The notes beneath the pieces were generated by a model. That model saw only the letters and a program-made list of their open reading frames with translations, did no database searches and was not told the DNA's origin. From contig NW_014577079.1 in NCBI RefSeq assembly GCF_000485595.1, positions 304,826-351,520 of the forward strand: DNA of 46,695 bases, read 5' to 3'. The stretch comes from Priapulus caudatus. Taxonomy: Eukaryota. The stretch's first letter is position 1; the number at the start of each line of letters is the position of its first letter. Made by a program: the position numbers and the translations under genes. This document shows, in pieces, positions 33,501-46,695 of the stretch.

Positions 33501-35145
33501 TTGCCACATTTATTCCTGAGAAAACATCGCGCTGGAAATGTCTCCTGAGAAGCAGTTTAATCTTTCAATAAATATGTAATGAAATCGAGCCGAATTTTTC
33601 CGTTGTTTTCTAAAAATTCTTAAAGGTACGGATAAAAGGCTTTTCTCACTATAAAACACTCATGACGCCGTCTGTCGCGGGCGAACGATGATGTAGACTG
33701 CTGCTGAGGTATATTTACTGCTTGTGCGTGGTCGTCGAAGGGAAACGGGGGATATTTAGTCAGGATTACCATACTAAGTGTGAGAAGAACATGGGGGCTT
33801 TAGGCTGAGCTCTGCTCGTTCGACGAGAGAGCAATGAAGAAAGCCCGCAGTTTCATTGAGGTTAGTCAATCAATAACCATTCACATTACGTTGAATGTGA
33901 CTCTCATCCTCTCCAAAGTAGGATTCAAATGCTGATCTCAGGATTGATTCGCTCGGCGTCCCGCGACCAACTACTATAAGTGTCACGCTACCGACTGGGT
34001 GTTGGATTTTTTTTCGAAGAGCGAGGGACACTGCAGTGGCGCTGTCGTGGTTAGTCGTGACCTGTAGTCACACTAGGTAGGTGGGGATTGCAGAATTAGC
34101 ATCACTGTGCAGCGTGCAAACGTACCCTAATTTATATTTGATATTGAACGCATGAAAGACGGAGAAAATTACGCTAAAAGACGCCTTTTGATATCACCAT
34201 TGCGTATTGATAAATTTGAAATTTTGGTCAGGTTGACGTAATGGGCAACGCTCTGTTGAAGTGATTATGTTTTCGGAACGTAAATCGAATTATTTTTCAC
34301 GTTTCTACTCTATTTTTAAACGACTAAGAAGTGCATATTCGCCATAGAGCCTCTTCTTCTGAATAAAAAATGAATTTCGTACTTGCACATGCAAATCTGC
34401 GTGTAATATTGAGAGATGACCAAGCGTGCAAGTTCTTATCGTGATAGCTGTACAATAAATAATAGCCTTATAATAAATAATAAATACTAGAACGCAGATA
34501 TTCAAATCTCGTGGGATTATTATTTCCAATCAGCTTAACATATGTGTAAACCGTTGCTGCGAAGGAACACACTAATTACGTTCCCATTCATGTTGCTTCT
34601 AGTTGCATAGCAGAATGCTGACTAGCTATACCCACGTAAGAAATCTTCTCTCACATTAGACCTGTAGAATTCTCTATTGGAAGGTAATTAACTATTTAGA
34701 TCTTTGTATATTCGTCAAATATCTGTTTAAGCGAAAAGAGTTTATACTCAATTAATTTTGTTGTTGTAAATAGTTCATAATGAGCTTATTTTAAAATACA
34801 CTTTACATTGCCAAAATGAAAGTGAAAACGTGCCGCACCCTCTATCACGTTGTATGAAAACCTTATAACAAAGGGGTTAGCAAGAGCTCTCCATTGGCTC
34901 TTTCAAGCGAGGCCATATTTTTACTTTGCGCAGACACAATGCGAAAGTAGATTCATCTGGAATACATTACCGAAATGGAAGCCATGCTGTATAATAAAAT
35001 CATCAAGTCTCATTTTTCATTCTGAAATGCCCCTTTAGAGCCGACTTGAGCGATGTTTTAAGACTCTGCTGAGGATTGTGTCGCTCGTAGGCGAGTGGCT
35101 GACCATGTGCAAAAGCACGATGGATTCTTAGCCTGCATGGTGCGC
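30570..35145 (+). repeat. ~4.6-kb direct duplication, copy 1
   Basis: Colinear along its whole length with 38668-43590 (shared anchors include atcaagtatacggacg, gcgaagaatatcttccga, cgtaccctaatttatatttgatattgaacgcatg and gagccgacttgagcgatg). Confidence 0.95.
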
Positions 35146-35210
35146 ACGCACGCACGCACGCACACGCACGCACGCACGCACACACGCACACACACACACG
35201 CACACGCACA

Positions 35211-35250
<40 letters not shown>

Positions 35251-35295
35251 TTAGATAGATAGATAGATAGAGAGATAGATAGATAGATAGATAGT

Positions 35296-35353
<58 letters not shown>

Positions 35354-35356
35354 GAT
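35211..35356. repeat. (GATA)n microsatellite
   Basis: Direct inspection. Confidence 0.97.
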
Positions 35357-36420
35357 GCAAAGTGAAATGCGCAGTATAGGACAGACCGGCGATGATTAAA
35401 TATTTTAAAGTGTTGGCTGTTAGCGTAGCGGGAGTCGGTTTGATTACCTGCCTAATTGTCGCCGCATCCACACGTAGGTCTAACAGCTTCGCTATAGGCG
35501 AAACTACTTCTTTAATTAAAAATGGCGGCTTGTAGAGTTCAAGCGAGCGATTAAGCTCCGTCCTGTCTTTGCTTTAGATCAGTATTCGTATCTCGGCGTT
35601 TTATAATATTATAATATATTATATAGTATAGTATGTCTTACATATTACATATATAATATAATATGTATTTTAGTAATATAGTAGTGGTATAGTATTGTAG
35701 CGACGGCAACAATCGGTTGGTCAGTTAAGATGAGGTATTCATTCTTGTTCCGTAGAAAAAGAGAATCGCGTACGACAGCAACCGGAAGACCCTTTCTCTC
35801 TCCTCTGCGTATAGCTAGACTTCGGCAAACCCTACTCGACAGAGCATGTCTCTGTCGACTGCACTGCAAATATACCCCCTCCCCATCCTATACGCTCTAA
35901 TAGGTAAATTATGCTCGTAATCCCTTTTATATCTGCGCTAGCCACTCCGTTTGTAATACCGACGTGCATGCATGACGGCTCACGGCCGGGTAGAAATAAA
36001 ACGGGCAAAGCGCTAAATGGATGCGGCGAATCGGGCCGATGTGAAAACCGAGGAAGGTGCAAAGCGAGTCAGTCGGAAGGCGAGTGCGCCAGTGAACAAT
36101 TATTCATGAGCAGTCGCCGAATTGAGACACGCCACATTCGCCCTCGGTCCCGCAATGTGTTGTTATTGCGTAATTCCATTTATATACATTAAACGCCTCT
36201 CCGAGCGGCTCTATTATTAGATTTCCCCGATGCACTGATCAGCTTTCTGCCGCTAACATTCGGGCGCGTCTGTGTGCATTCGTCTCTCCTCTCTGTTTCC
36301 CCTCGTCTGCTCTTCGTGGGGATCATTAGTTTAGCTGTGTCCGTCGTTCCTCTTCTGTCTACATTGTGGTCGTGTTACGGATAGCAACATGTTACTAGTA
36401 CTAGTTAGTACGTCAATGTT

Positions 36421-36502
36421 TACACACACAGACACACACACACACACACAACACAACACACACACACACACACACAACACACACAGCACACACACACACA
36501 AC

Positions 36503-36550
<48 letters not shown>

Positions 36551-37053
36551 CCACACACACACACACCACACGCACACACATACACAACACACACGCACAC
36601 ACGCCACACAACATACACACACACACGCACACCACAACACACACACACACACACACACACACACCACACACACACACACACATGCAGACAGACACCCACC
36701 CACATACATTCTAAGGGGGGGAAGAGGGAGGAGTAGATGGAGTGACTCGTTTAGGTCTTTAAAACCACATTATATTGTTGATGGGATCATATGCCACCGG
36801 GCGGCTGCGACAATATTCCGGACCGCGGCTCGTGTTTCGCTGTACCATTAATACTAATCAGCAATCTCATCGTACACAATTCAGCTCCAAACACACGACA
36901 CCACGTCCACGGCATGCCACGCCGCACGAAGCACGCCAACGCACGCACACGCACACACACACACACAGCACACACAACACACACACATCACACACACACA
37001 CACAACACAACCACACACACACACAGCACACAGCACACACACACACACACACA
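36421..37053. repeat. Two imperfect (CA)n microsatellites (36421-36710, 36938-37053)
   Basis: Direct inspection. Confidence 0.92.
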
Positions 37054-37536
37054 TTTAACCCGGTCCGTTAAACACGCATGTCTGGTCGTCAAGCTCTCAT
37101 CGTTATTCAGTCCAGCCCGCATGCATCCATTTGCAAATGTCAGAAATAACATATTTAAAAAATGCACGCCAAATCGTCGAATTTTCGATATGATGCCGGC
37201 TTGCGTTGCAGGAAGTGAATTTCCCCACTGGGCAATTTTGTACGAATCACGACTCTGGAGGAGATACGTGACATCATCTCATCAATCCGGCATGCGTGCC
37301 ACTTATGGTGCCGATATTTTAAGCGCTATTGTGGGGTTTTATTCTCTGCGCGTTCAGCGCGATTAGCATATCGCGATATAAAATAACAAAACAACCCGAA
37401 CGAACTGTTCGTCCGGCCCTATGTTGTTTTCGCTGAGCGTAGTTTGGCATTTGCGTAGCAACATGCGAACGATCGCCAGTCGATACACAGCAGTCTCGCC
37501 ATTGCAATCCTTATTTTATGTCTCTGCTCAAACGTA

Positions 37537-37568
<32 letters not shown>

Positions 37569-38667
37569 TATTATCTATATATCTCATAGTATATTGCTAC
37601 AATATTACGCACACAACAAAATATCTTGTGCTTCGGTCCTGTCAGTCCCGCGCTGCTCGTAAATGTCATTCAAATTACGGCACTGTTTGAGGCCGTGTGA
37701 CGTAGCGCGTTGTTACACGCGACTGCGGCCGTGTGCCTCTCATTTGCCAGCATAATCCTTCATGTCACGCGTCACCGCCATCTAACGGCTCTAGATAACG
37801 GGCGCACATAGCTTATCATCAGGGCGCTGCAAACTGTGTCCGGCTAATTCCCGTAACGCGCGGGATCGAGTCTCTCGCTGATATTCACGGCGCGTGTCCT
37901 CGCCTCCCTTTGATGCTTAAATACACTTGAGCGCGGCCTTCCGAGAGTGAATCACTCTTGCCCCGCATCCTGCCGGCGCGTCTCGGGCCTTGGTATCTAC
38001 GCGGAATTAGCGTTGCGCGGGGCACGCGGCAGGCAGAATTGAGGCGGCCTGCCTAATTGGCCACGTTGTAATCAAAGTCAGAGAACATCAGTTAATTACG
38101 AGGGTAGTCGAGGGAAGAGCGTGCGCCGCTGCGCGACTTGCAGCGTCTGCATGCTGTGCGCGGCTGCGGCGTGCATCGCATCGCCGCCGTGCACTTCTTC
38201 TGCGGTCGGTCGGTCCATTTAGTACGATTACCACCTTAAGTCTGACCCAACGCTGCCCAATCTTTCGCGCGATATTGGCATACCACTTCCTCTCAGCATA
38301 GACGTAAATATTTCGGGGCCCACGACTGATAACGAGGCGTAGGGACAAGAGGACGCAAGCAGACAAAGATAGGGAGAGAGCGAGCGGATGAGCGACGTAA
38401 GAGATAGTAAGCCGCGTGATGAGACGGCAGAGAGAGCGAGAGGTAGGGAGAGACACGAGAGAGAGACAAGACCGTCAGAGGAGGGGATCCAGCAGTGAGG
38501 AGGAGAGAGTAGGAGAAGATGAGTGACCTAGAAGCGGTTGAGAGAAAGTGAGAGGACGAGAGATAGAAAGACCAGAGAACGATGGATGAGAGTGAACGAG
38601 AGAGAGAGACGAGTATGAGAGAGAGAGAGCAGCAGCAGACGAGATCGATGACGTGCAGACGACAGAG

Positions 38668-41600
38668 GAGATAAGTTCTTTGTCCGTGCGCCATTGTTCA
38701 TGTGCGTCAGAAAACCGTGCAGTATATATCAAGTATACGGACGCTTGGTGCCATGCCTGTGATGCTCTTTCCTCGCACTATACTATAGCGCGGCAGGCGG
38801 CCATCACTCTACTCGTTCTCTCCTGTAGCAGCTTAACTCTTTATATCGACATCGGCTATCTTATTGCATTTGCTGCCGTAATCATTAGCGCGATACCGGG
38901 CGCGCTCGGAGTGGCGAATCGTTAGACCCGGGATTAGAGCTCGGCGTGTCTATGGCCACGGCGGACTATCTGTCGGAGCGAACACGGCAGACGTAGACGG
39001 CAAGCAGGGACAGCAGCGCATGCTCGCATCGCCTGACATTTGTTTAGGTAATCTCCTCCTTTCTGTGTCATTTTCTACGACTTACGCAGTGTACAAGCGC
39101 CGCGGGCGTGGCTAGGAATATACATGCGCAATAACGTATGAGTAGTGGCTTATTTTATCATGTATGAAAACAGTGGTGCTATTGAGTAGCAAGAGTGTAT
39201 AAATTAAGATAGTAATATAATGTAATAACATAATAAAACTATATAAATAAATAACGTTATAAGATTTAAAAATGAAAATTAAAATAACTAAAATAAAGTA
39301 ATGGCGTCCTGATTGGCCAGTCGTCTGATTCGATGTCTATAGATTTGCAGGTGACACTGCGTGTGACGTTGGCGATCGCGTTCTAGTTAGCGGACTGTTG
39401 TTTAGTTTGGTAAGTACTCCATGGACCTCAATACTGTGATCACATCAGTCTCCGTGAGTTGACAGGGTGTGCGCAGACTCCGTAAGCCCACCAGTGACTA
39501 ATTGGTGATCAAGCTATATGGTGTCCCGCTCTCGGCCCTGGATAATTAGCCTGGACCTCTAGCTCTGCTCGAAGCTCTCTGAACGATGCAAACACGCCCC
39601 GCTGTAGACGCATTTCTTAATGGTTACGAAAGATATTATATATATATATTTCTATTAGAACAGAAATGAAGACGTCATTGCGCTTGGTGCGTTCTGTGTT
39701 GCGTTTTTTTACTCTCACGGACGAGCACAATAGGCGCACTTTCTTTTCTTCCGGATCGGTGTGCAAATATATGTAGGAGTAACACCTACCCCTGGCGTCT
39801 CCGCGACCCCTCCTTAAGCTCGCGACAAGCTCGCCCACGCTGCAACATCCATCGTCTCGTGTCCGTGTTCTCCAGCGAAGAATATCTTCCGATTCCACAG
39901 CTGTTTCAACAGGAGCACCTATTACCTGCTCCGTACTTATTGGCTCCGTTCGTCGTCTTCTCCCGCCTCCCCTCCCCCTCCCCCTCCCGTCGTTACAGCG
40001 ACGTCGATTAAACACACGAGCCAATTTCCGCTATTATATAACACTGGATAGATGTTCCGCCGGATCCTCGCTGCTTCACGATCGCGCAGACGTACCCTAT
40101 CAATGGCCCGACGTTGGCAACAAAGTCTGGCTGTAAGTTCGGCTTCAGTCCGACGGGCAATTATCGGCGGACTCAACCGGCCAGGTATAGACTGCCTCTG
40201 TGGCTGCGTAATGGCCACGTTTAATCTTTTCAAGTGAAATCTTCTGTCTGGTGGCTTACCGGTCTAGTATAGTCGGAAACATTTACCGTAATCGCTTATT
40301 TGATTTCGTAATATCGCACGCGATAATATGCTATATGTTGCGCGCTCGTTCGCCGCGTGTACCGTACAATGCATTGATTCTGCGTTGATGACGCTGAACA
40401 AAGCACAGTGGTATCATATTTAGAAAACGCGGCTGACCATTTGCGACCTCGTTTGCTATTACATACACATGATGTTTTTTTAACATATCTATTATAATAT
40501 ACTAATATGCCAATGTGTTATTAACATTCCCCACTCATGTTCTCCTTACCAATATCACGCAATTCAACCACCAATCACTCCAGCTGCGCTGGTTCCTTAC
40601 AGCACCACACGCGACTGCCGTCTAATCTACCACCGTCATTATAGCCACGATCGCTGCATGCGCCTCCTATACTATTCACGTATTCGGTTTCTCACCCTAA
40701 TGGTTTCGCGTCGAACCGTTTGACAGTAGCATCGGATAAGGGAATGATATGGGCCTGATTGTGGTGCAGTGCAAGCATCGGCCGCATGATGAACAAGCAG
40801 TTGTCAGCATTATAGCCACTTAGCATCACAAAGGTCTTTTGTGCGTTCTGGGATAGCAAACCATTTAAAACTTAGAAAAAACTGCTGCTTGGTATTTGCC
40901 TCTGTATTCTGCTGAATGTTATTGAATGTGTTTGCTCATAGGAGTGAATACTTTCGCTCGACAGCTTGAGAGACTATTTTATTAGCTTGCATGCCACGCA
41001 GGCCATCGATCTGCTTCACTATGAAAACTGGCTGGCTATGAATCGTGTACAAAGCGGTGTAGACACTAGATGTTGTTGATTGCTTATTATTGGTAGCGCG
41101 TTTGTTCGCAATCATCGTCTGGCTATCAGTTCCGCGGAATGTTTTTATGTCAACGATTTGTTGTATTTGGTAGCCTCGCGAAACAATTAAGCTCTAATTT
41201 TGGCATATTCTTGAGCGAGCGGCTTTTTTACGCGCTTACTCCTCTGTAAACTGGCCTCCATTTTATTTTTTCAGTCGAAACGACGACGAAGCCGAAATTA
41301 AGACGCAGAAGTTTGGTCTTGCCCTATGGAATATGCCCGGTAAAATGGGTATCGTGAAGGACGCGGAGAGTTGTCGTGGGAGAGAGGGATTTGCCAGTAA
41401 GCAGCTGCGGCAGGAAAATTGTCAGCCTGAATTTTCAAGATAACACAGATTCCAGCCCTCAAGCCTCTGTGGTAAGAATATCTATTTTACCAAGTGCTAA
41501 ATGCTCGCGCATCGAAATAGTTATTTTCGGCCATATTATTCGTTCTTTCAGAATAGGGCCTCTTTCAACATCTGTTCGAATTAATGGGACAATTTTCTAA

Positions 41601-43590
41601 AGGATTACAGTGTACTAGGGAATATTTTCAAACTCTGGCATCAATGTTATTGGCAGCTATGTTTGGTGTAAATTGCGTTTGCTTGTTTATCAAATTTGCT
41701 GTTTTGTATTACATTATGAATGATTCGTTCCAGCTTCCGTGCCGTCTGCGGAAATACTCTTGCCTCTTGAGCCGCGCAGGCCTCTAAGCACACATCTTCA
41801 TATTTTCCACGTAATCTCCTTACGTTGGATTTGCCCACATTTATTTCCTGAGAAAGACATCGCGCGTGGAAATGGTCTTCCTGAGCCAGCAGTTATCTTC
41901 TCAATAAATTATGTATGAAATAATCGCAGCCGAATTTTTTCCGTTGTTTTCTAAATTCTTAAAGGCTACGCGCATAAAGGCTTTTCTCACTAGTAAAACA
42001 ACTCATGACGCCGTCGTCTTTCGCGCTGCGAACGATGATGCAGACTGCTGCTGAGGTATATTTACTGCTCTGTGCGTGTGTTCGTCGAAGGGAAACGGGG
42101 CGATATTTAGGATTACCATACTAAGTGTGAGAAGAACAATGGGGGCTTTTAGGCTGAGCTCTGCCTCGTTCGCACGAAGAGCCAATTGAAGGAAAGCCCG
42201 CCAGTTTCATTGAGGTTAGTCAATCAATAAACCATGTCACATTACGTTTGAATGTGACTCTCATTCTCTCCAAACCGTAGGACTCAATGCTGAATCTCAG
42301 GATGATTCGCTCGGTCCGTCCCGCGACCAACTTACTTATAAGTGTCACGCCTTTACCGGACTGGGTGTTGGATTTTTGTTTTTCGAAGAGCGCAGGAACA
42401 CTCTGCAGTGGCGCGTGTCGTGGTTGAGTCGTGACCTGTCAGTCACACTAGTGGTGGTGGGGGATTTGCAGAATTAGCCATCACTGTGCAGCGTGCAAAC
42501 GTACCCTAATTTATATTTGATATTGAACGCATGAAAAGACGGAGAAAATTACGCTAAAGAGACGCTTGTGATATCACCATATGACGTATTGATAAATTGA
42601 AATTTTGGTCAGTGTTGACGTAATGGGCAACGCCTTCTGTTGAAGTGATTATGTTTTTCGAACGTAAATCGGAATTATTTTTCACGTTTTCTACCTCTAA
42701 TTTTTAAACGACTAGAAGTGCTATTAACCCCATTAGAGCCTTCTTGTCTGCTGAATAAAAATGAATTTCGTACTTGCCACATGCAAATCTGCGTGTTAAT
42801 TATTGAGAGATGACCAAGCGTGCAAGTTCTATATTCGTGCATGCTGTACAATAAATAAAATAGCCTTATAATAAATAATAAATACAGAACGCAGGATATT
42901 CAAATTCTCGTGGATTATTATTTCCAATCAGCTTAACATATGTGACTTAAACCGTTGCTGCGAAGGAACACACTGAAATTCGTTCCCATTCATGCTTGGC
43001 TTCTAGTTGCATAGCAGGAATGCTGACTAAGCTATTACCCACCGTAAGAATATCTTCTCTCACATCTAGACCTGGTAGATTCTCTATTTGGAAGGTAATT
43101 AACTTATTTAGATCTTTGTATATTTTCGTCAAATATCTGTTTAAGCGAAAAGAGTTTATAACTCAATTAATTTTGTTGCTTGTAAATAGTCATATGAGCT
43201 CATTTTAAATAAATACACTTTACACTTTGCCAAAATTGAAGCTTGAACGTGCCGCACCCTCTATCACGTTTGTATTGAAAACCTATAACGCAAACGGTTA
43301 GCAAGAGCTCTCCATTGCGCTCTTTCAAGCGAGGCCATATTTTTACTTTGCGCGCAGACACATGCCCGAAAGTAGATTCATCTTGGGAATACTTACCGCA
43401 AATGGAAGCCATGCCTGTAATAAAATCATCAAGTCGTCATTTTTCATTCTGAAATGCCCCTTTTAGAGCCGACTTGAGCGATGTTCTTAAGCTACTCTGC
43501 TGTGAGGCATTTGTGTCGGCTCGTAGCGCGAGTTGGCCTGCACCATGTGCAAAAGGCACCGATGGATTCATTAGCCGCATGGTGCCGACA
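38668..43590 (+). repeat. ~4.9-kb direct duplication, copy 2
   Basis: See copy 1. About 350 nt longer through dispersed 1-2-nt indels. Preceded by noisy (GA)n at 38340-38670 and followed by noisy (CA)n at 43590-44075 and (TA)n at 44078-44143. Confidence 0.95.
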
Positions 43591-43860
43591 CGCACCACAC
43601 ACGCACACACGCACGCACGACGCCACACGCACGCACGGCACGCACAACGCACACACACACACCGACCCACACGCACCACACACACCATAACAACAACAAC
43701 AACAAAACACACAACACACACACACACACACACACACTGTGACCAACCCACACACACACACACACACACACACAACACGCACACACGCACACACAACACA
43801 CGCAACAACACACACACTACACACACAACACACAGCAACACACACCCACACACACACACC

Positions 43861-43899
<39 letters not shown>

Positions 43900-43974
43900 C
43901 ACACACACCACACCACAACACGCCCGCCGCGCGCACACACACACACCACACACAACACACACACACACACACCA

Positions 43975-44013
<39 letters not shown>

Positions 44014-44076
44014 CATACACACACACACACCACAGCACACAACACACACACACACACACACACACAACACACCACG

Positions 44077-44107
<31 letters not shown>

Positions 44108-44108
44108 C

Positions 44109-44144
<36 letters not shown>

Positions 44145-45609
44145 AAGCACTGGCAGAGGTAACAGTGTGCCACGCGGTAAGAAGCAATAGCGATATACGA
44201 TATTCATCTATAATAACTCTACTCAATGTACCCCCATGCTCCTTGCAACCAACCGATGATTGAACCAACATTGTTTACGTTATTTCATTTTTTCAAGGAT
44301 AATCTTATTAATTTTAGTTTTGTTCCCGTTTTAAAAGATCGACTAACGTCTATACTAGAGGAATATATAAACTACGATGGCGTCACGGAGCGTGAGCCAC
44401 ACGCACACGCAGTTATGATCATCTCGGTCGCAAATGAATGTCATGCGTTCTTGAAAGCTCTCCCGCCACCACGCAAATTCCTAGAAGGTTCATTCTACCA
44501 CTCCCCTAGATCATGTTTCCAAGACGAAGATATTTGAACGTGTAATGAAATTAGGATAATACTCCTACTCCTACGCGAGCTATCCGTCGCCACGCGAGAG
44601 CAGAAGTTAATCAAAACATACATGCGACTCTTGGAGCATATTCCCTGCTGAGATGCTCACGCGACGAATACGAGAGGCAAATGGCACAGGTTCATTTCTT
44701 GTTAGGGGGTAGACCTCTGCGATGAGTAAGGGTATGACGGAACCCGGAATGCTAATGTAGCGAGTGATGGATGGATGTGTTTTGCACAGTGACTATAGTG
44801 GTCGAGTACTCTGTCTGCGATAGCTGTCGCAAATGGCAATTAATAGATTCGTAGTAATTGCTAACGGAGGGCATGGAACGAGATCTCGCGTATACAGTCT
44901 ACACGGTGTAGGTAAATATCGAAAAGGAATATTATTAGTCGCTGGAGAGAGGAGAGAAGCTATTGATGATGCAGCCATTCTATTCGCAAGGGAACCTTAC
45001 TCACCCGCTGCTATTTGTCTTACTCGTACACGCCAACGCATATACTCTCCTCCTCTCTTGAAAGTTCGCGCATAAATTTTGTATAAGACGAGGGCCGTCG
45101 TTGAGTGTTTATCATGTTCTACCTGTTGATATTCTATAAATACTTTACTATTATTGCATTTCAAGTTGCGCATGTTTTCTACATTGACCACGCACCTGTC
45201 CAATGTTAGCGCCTCCCTTGTGAGTTCACTCGTCTTTAGTTCTTGAAGTGATACAACTCCCCTACATTCATACAAACAAACACACACGCACGCACGCACG
45301 CACGCACGCACACACGCACGCACGTACGCACGCACGTACGCACGCACGCCACGCACACACACGCACAGACACTCATCAGTTCCCGGGTACACCACACACC
45401 ATGCAAATATTTATTAATGTCAGATCAGCGACAGTGGCTCCAGTTTATACACAGGTGCCGTCAAAACGTGTCGAATTGACTGTAACGTTACAACAACGGG
45501 CGTGGAATGCACGCGAGAATCAATTTTTCTTCGGGCTATTGTGCAATCTCACATGGCTATGATATGGCTGACTATATGTCATCACATATGATATACGTTC
45601 ACGATTCGT

Positions 45610-45890
45610 AGCACTATTATAATATTATAATATATTATAACGTAACGAGTAATATTATTATAATGTTATTATATATTATAACGTAACAAGTGGCACTATT
45701 ATAATGTCATGATATGTTATAACTGAACGAGTATCACTATTATAATGTAATAATATGTTATAATGTGACGAATAACCTATATTAATGTCGTAAATTAATC
45801 GTAACGTAACCAATAGTCTATTGTGATGTTATAATATGTCATAACGTAACGAATAACGAATAGTCGAATGTATTGTTATAATCTGTTATA
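45610..45890. repeat. AT-rich ~41-bp minisatellite, about 6-7 degenerate copies
   Basis: Units such as tattataacgtaacgagtaatattattataatgttattata, tattataacgtaacaagtggcactattataatgtcatgata and tgttataactgaacgagtatcactattataatgtaataata. Confidence 0.85.
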
Positions 45891-46169
45891 TAAATTTATA
45901 ACATATCGCATGTAATATTATAACATAGCTAGTAGGCCTAGTACTAAGTTGGAACATCTGTTCGCAGAAATTAACTACAGTATTGCTAACCGTGGAGTTG
46001 TTTAAATAGTTCCCCATAACCAGGTTTGTTATTTCCGCCTTCATCAATAATTCACTGTCAATACATATATTTATTACCGGTTGCATTTGTTCTAACCCGG
46101 GCCAGGTCTCCGAGGAGCCATTCCGGGTTTCCGTTTGAAGCGCAGATGTGTTTGTGATGCGCTGCCACG

Positions 46170-46295
46170 ACTAATGCTACTGCTGTTACTGCTACTGTTA
46201 CTGCTACTGCTGCTGCTACTGCTGCTACTGCTGCTACTACTGCTATTGCTGCTGCTACTACTATTGCTGCTGCTACTGCTGCTGCTACTGCTATG

Positions 46296-46363
<68 letters not shown>

Positions 46364-46533
46364 CACTACTACTGCTGCTGCTACTACTACTACTACTACC
46401 GCTGCTGCTGCTCTTGCTCCTGCTGCTAGCTACTGTTACTGCTACTGCTGCTACTGCTGCTGCTACTGCTAGCTACTGCTGCTACTGCTGCTGCTACTGC
46501 TACCGCTACTGCTGCTACTGCTGCTGCTACTGC
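46170..46533. repeat. Mixed (CTA)n/(CTG)n trinucleotide microsatellite
   Basis: Direct inspection; it explains the poly-V/A/S ORFs. Confidence 0.95.
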
Positions 46534-46651
46534 TGTGCGGAGACTGGACGTATGTCTCTGGACAGCCCGCGGACACATTACCTTGCATGCTGTCGCACGC
46601 AGCGATTGCAGGACGAGGGGCCAGGCATGCATAGCGGTGTGTGTAGTGGTG

Positions 46652-46695
<44 letters not shown>

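Noticed and set aside
44833..44900. MAINRFVVIA resembling a rhodopsin-family GPCR TM3 (NRY/F) motif
   Set aside because: There is an in-frame stop just upstream and no hydrophobic TM3 or TM4 around it; probably chance.
1202..45890. CRISPR-like arrays (repeats at 1202-1450, 6160-6315, 45610-45890)
   Set aside because: These are head-to-tail tandem repeats with no unique spacers and no cas genes, in intron-containing eukaryotic DNA.
44737..46135. acggaacccggaatgct and inverted acggaaacccggaatggct as TIRs
   Set aside because: Only about 17 bp with two indels, no TSD and no further similarity.
11367..46632. Dozens of long ORFs rich in CV, HT, LS, V/A or S
   Set aside because: They are translations of (TG)n, (CA)n, (CT)n, (GAGT)n and (CTA/CTG)n microsatellites, with no coding evidence.
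1..46695. Conserved bilaterian microRNAs, rRNA or snRNA genes
   Set aside because: None was recognised by eye against the mature sequences I recall. An Rfam/Infernal scan would be needed to exclude them properly.

Overview
Repeat-rich eukaryotic genomic DNA from an animal, most likely an invertebrate, with three N gaps (4817-4841, 8449-8458, 30502-30511). Almost all ORFs in the supplied track are translations of microsatellites. The supportable content is: (1) the last three coding exons of an NADH-cytochrome b5 reductase-like gene (CYB5RL-like, + strand, 137-1982); (2) a C/EBP-like bZIP gene (- strand, 6147-6725) whose hexapeptide-repeat tail appears to be cut by two adjacent inversions that also scramble a neighbouring Helentron-type non-autonomous element (HINE); (3) two unrelated Penelope-like retroelements, one a short foldback remnant (3301-3698) and one near full length but inactivated (27421-30282), each carrying two minimal hammerhead ribozyme motifs; (4) a 683-bp PIF/Harbinger derivative with a MADF fragment, a 194-bp MITE with a 5-bp TSD, and other TE remnants; (5) a mosaic of telomere-like repeats and palindromes at about 7.95-9.7 kb; (6) two direct duplications (about 0.9 kb and 4.6-4.9 kb) whose copies differ mostly by single-base indels, as expected for uncorrected long-read sequence. 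The larger duplication may hide a two-exon gene fragment. I found no wholly new biological system that I can support. The most interesting signals are the bZIP/HINE double inversion and the PLE hammerheads.
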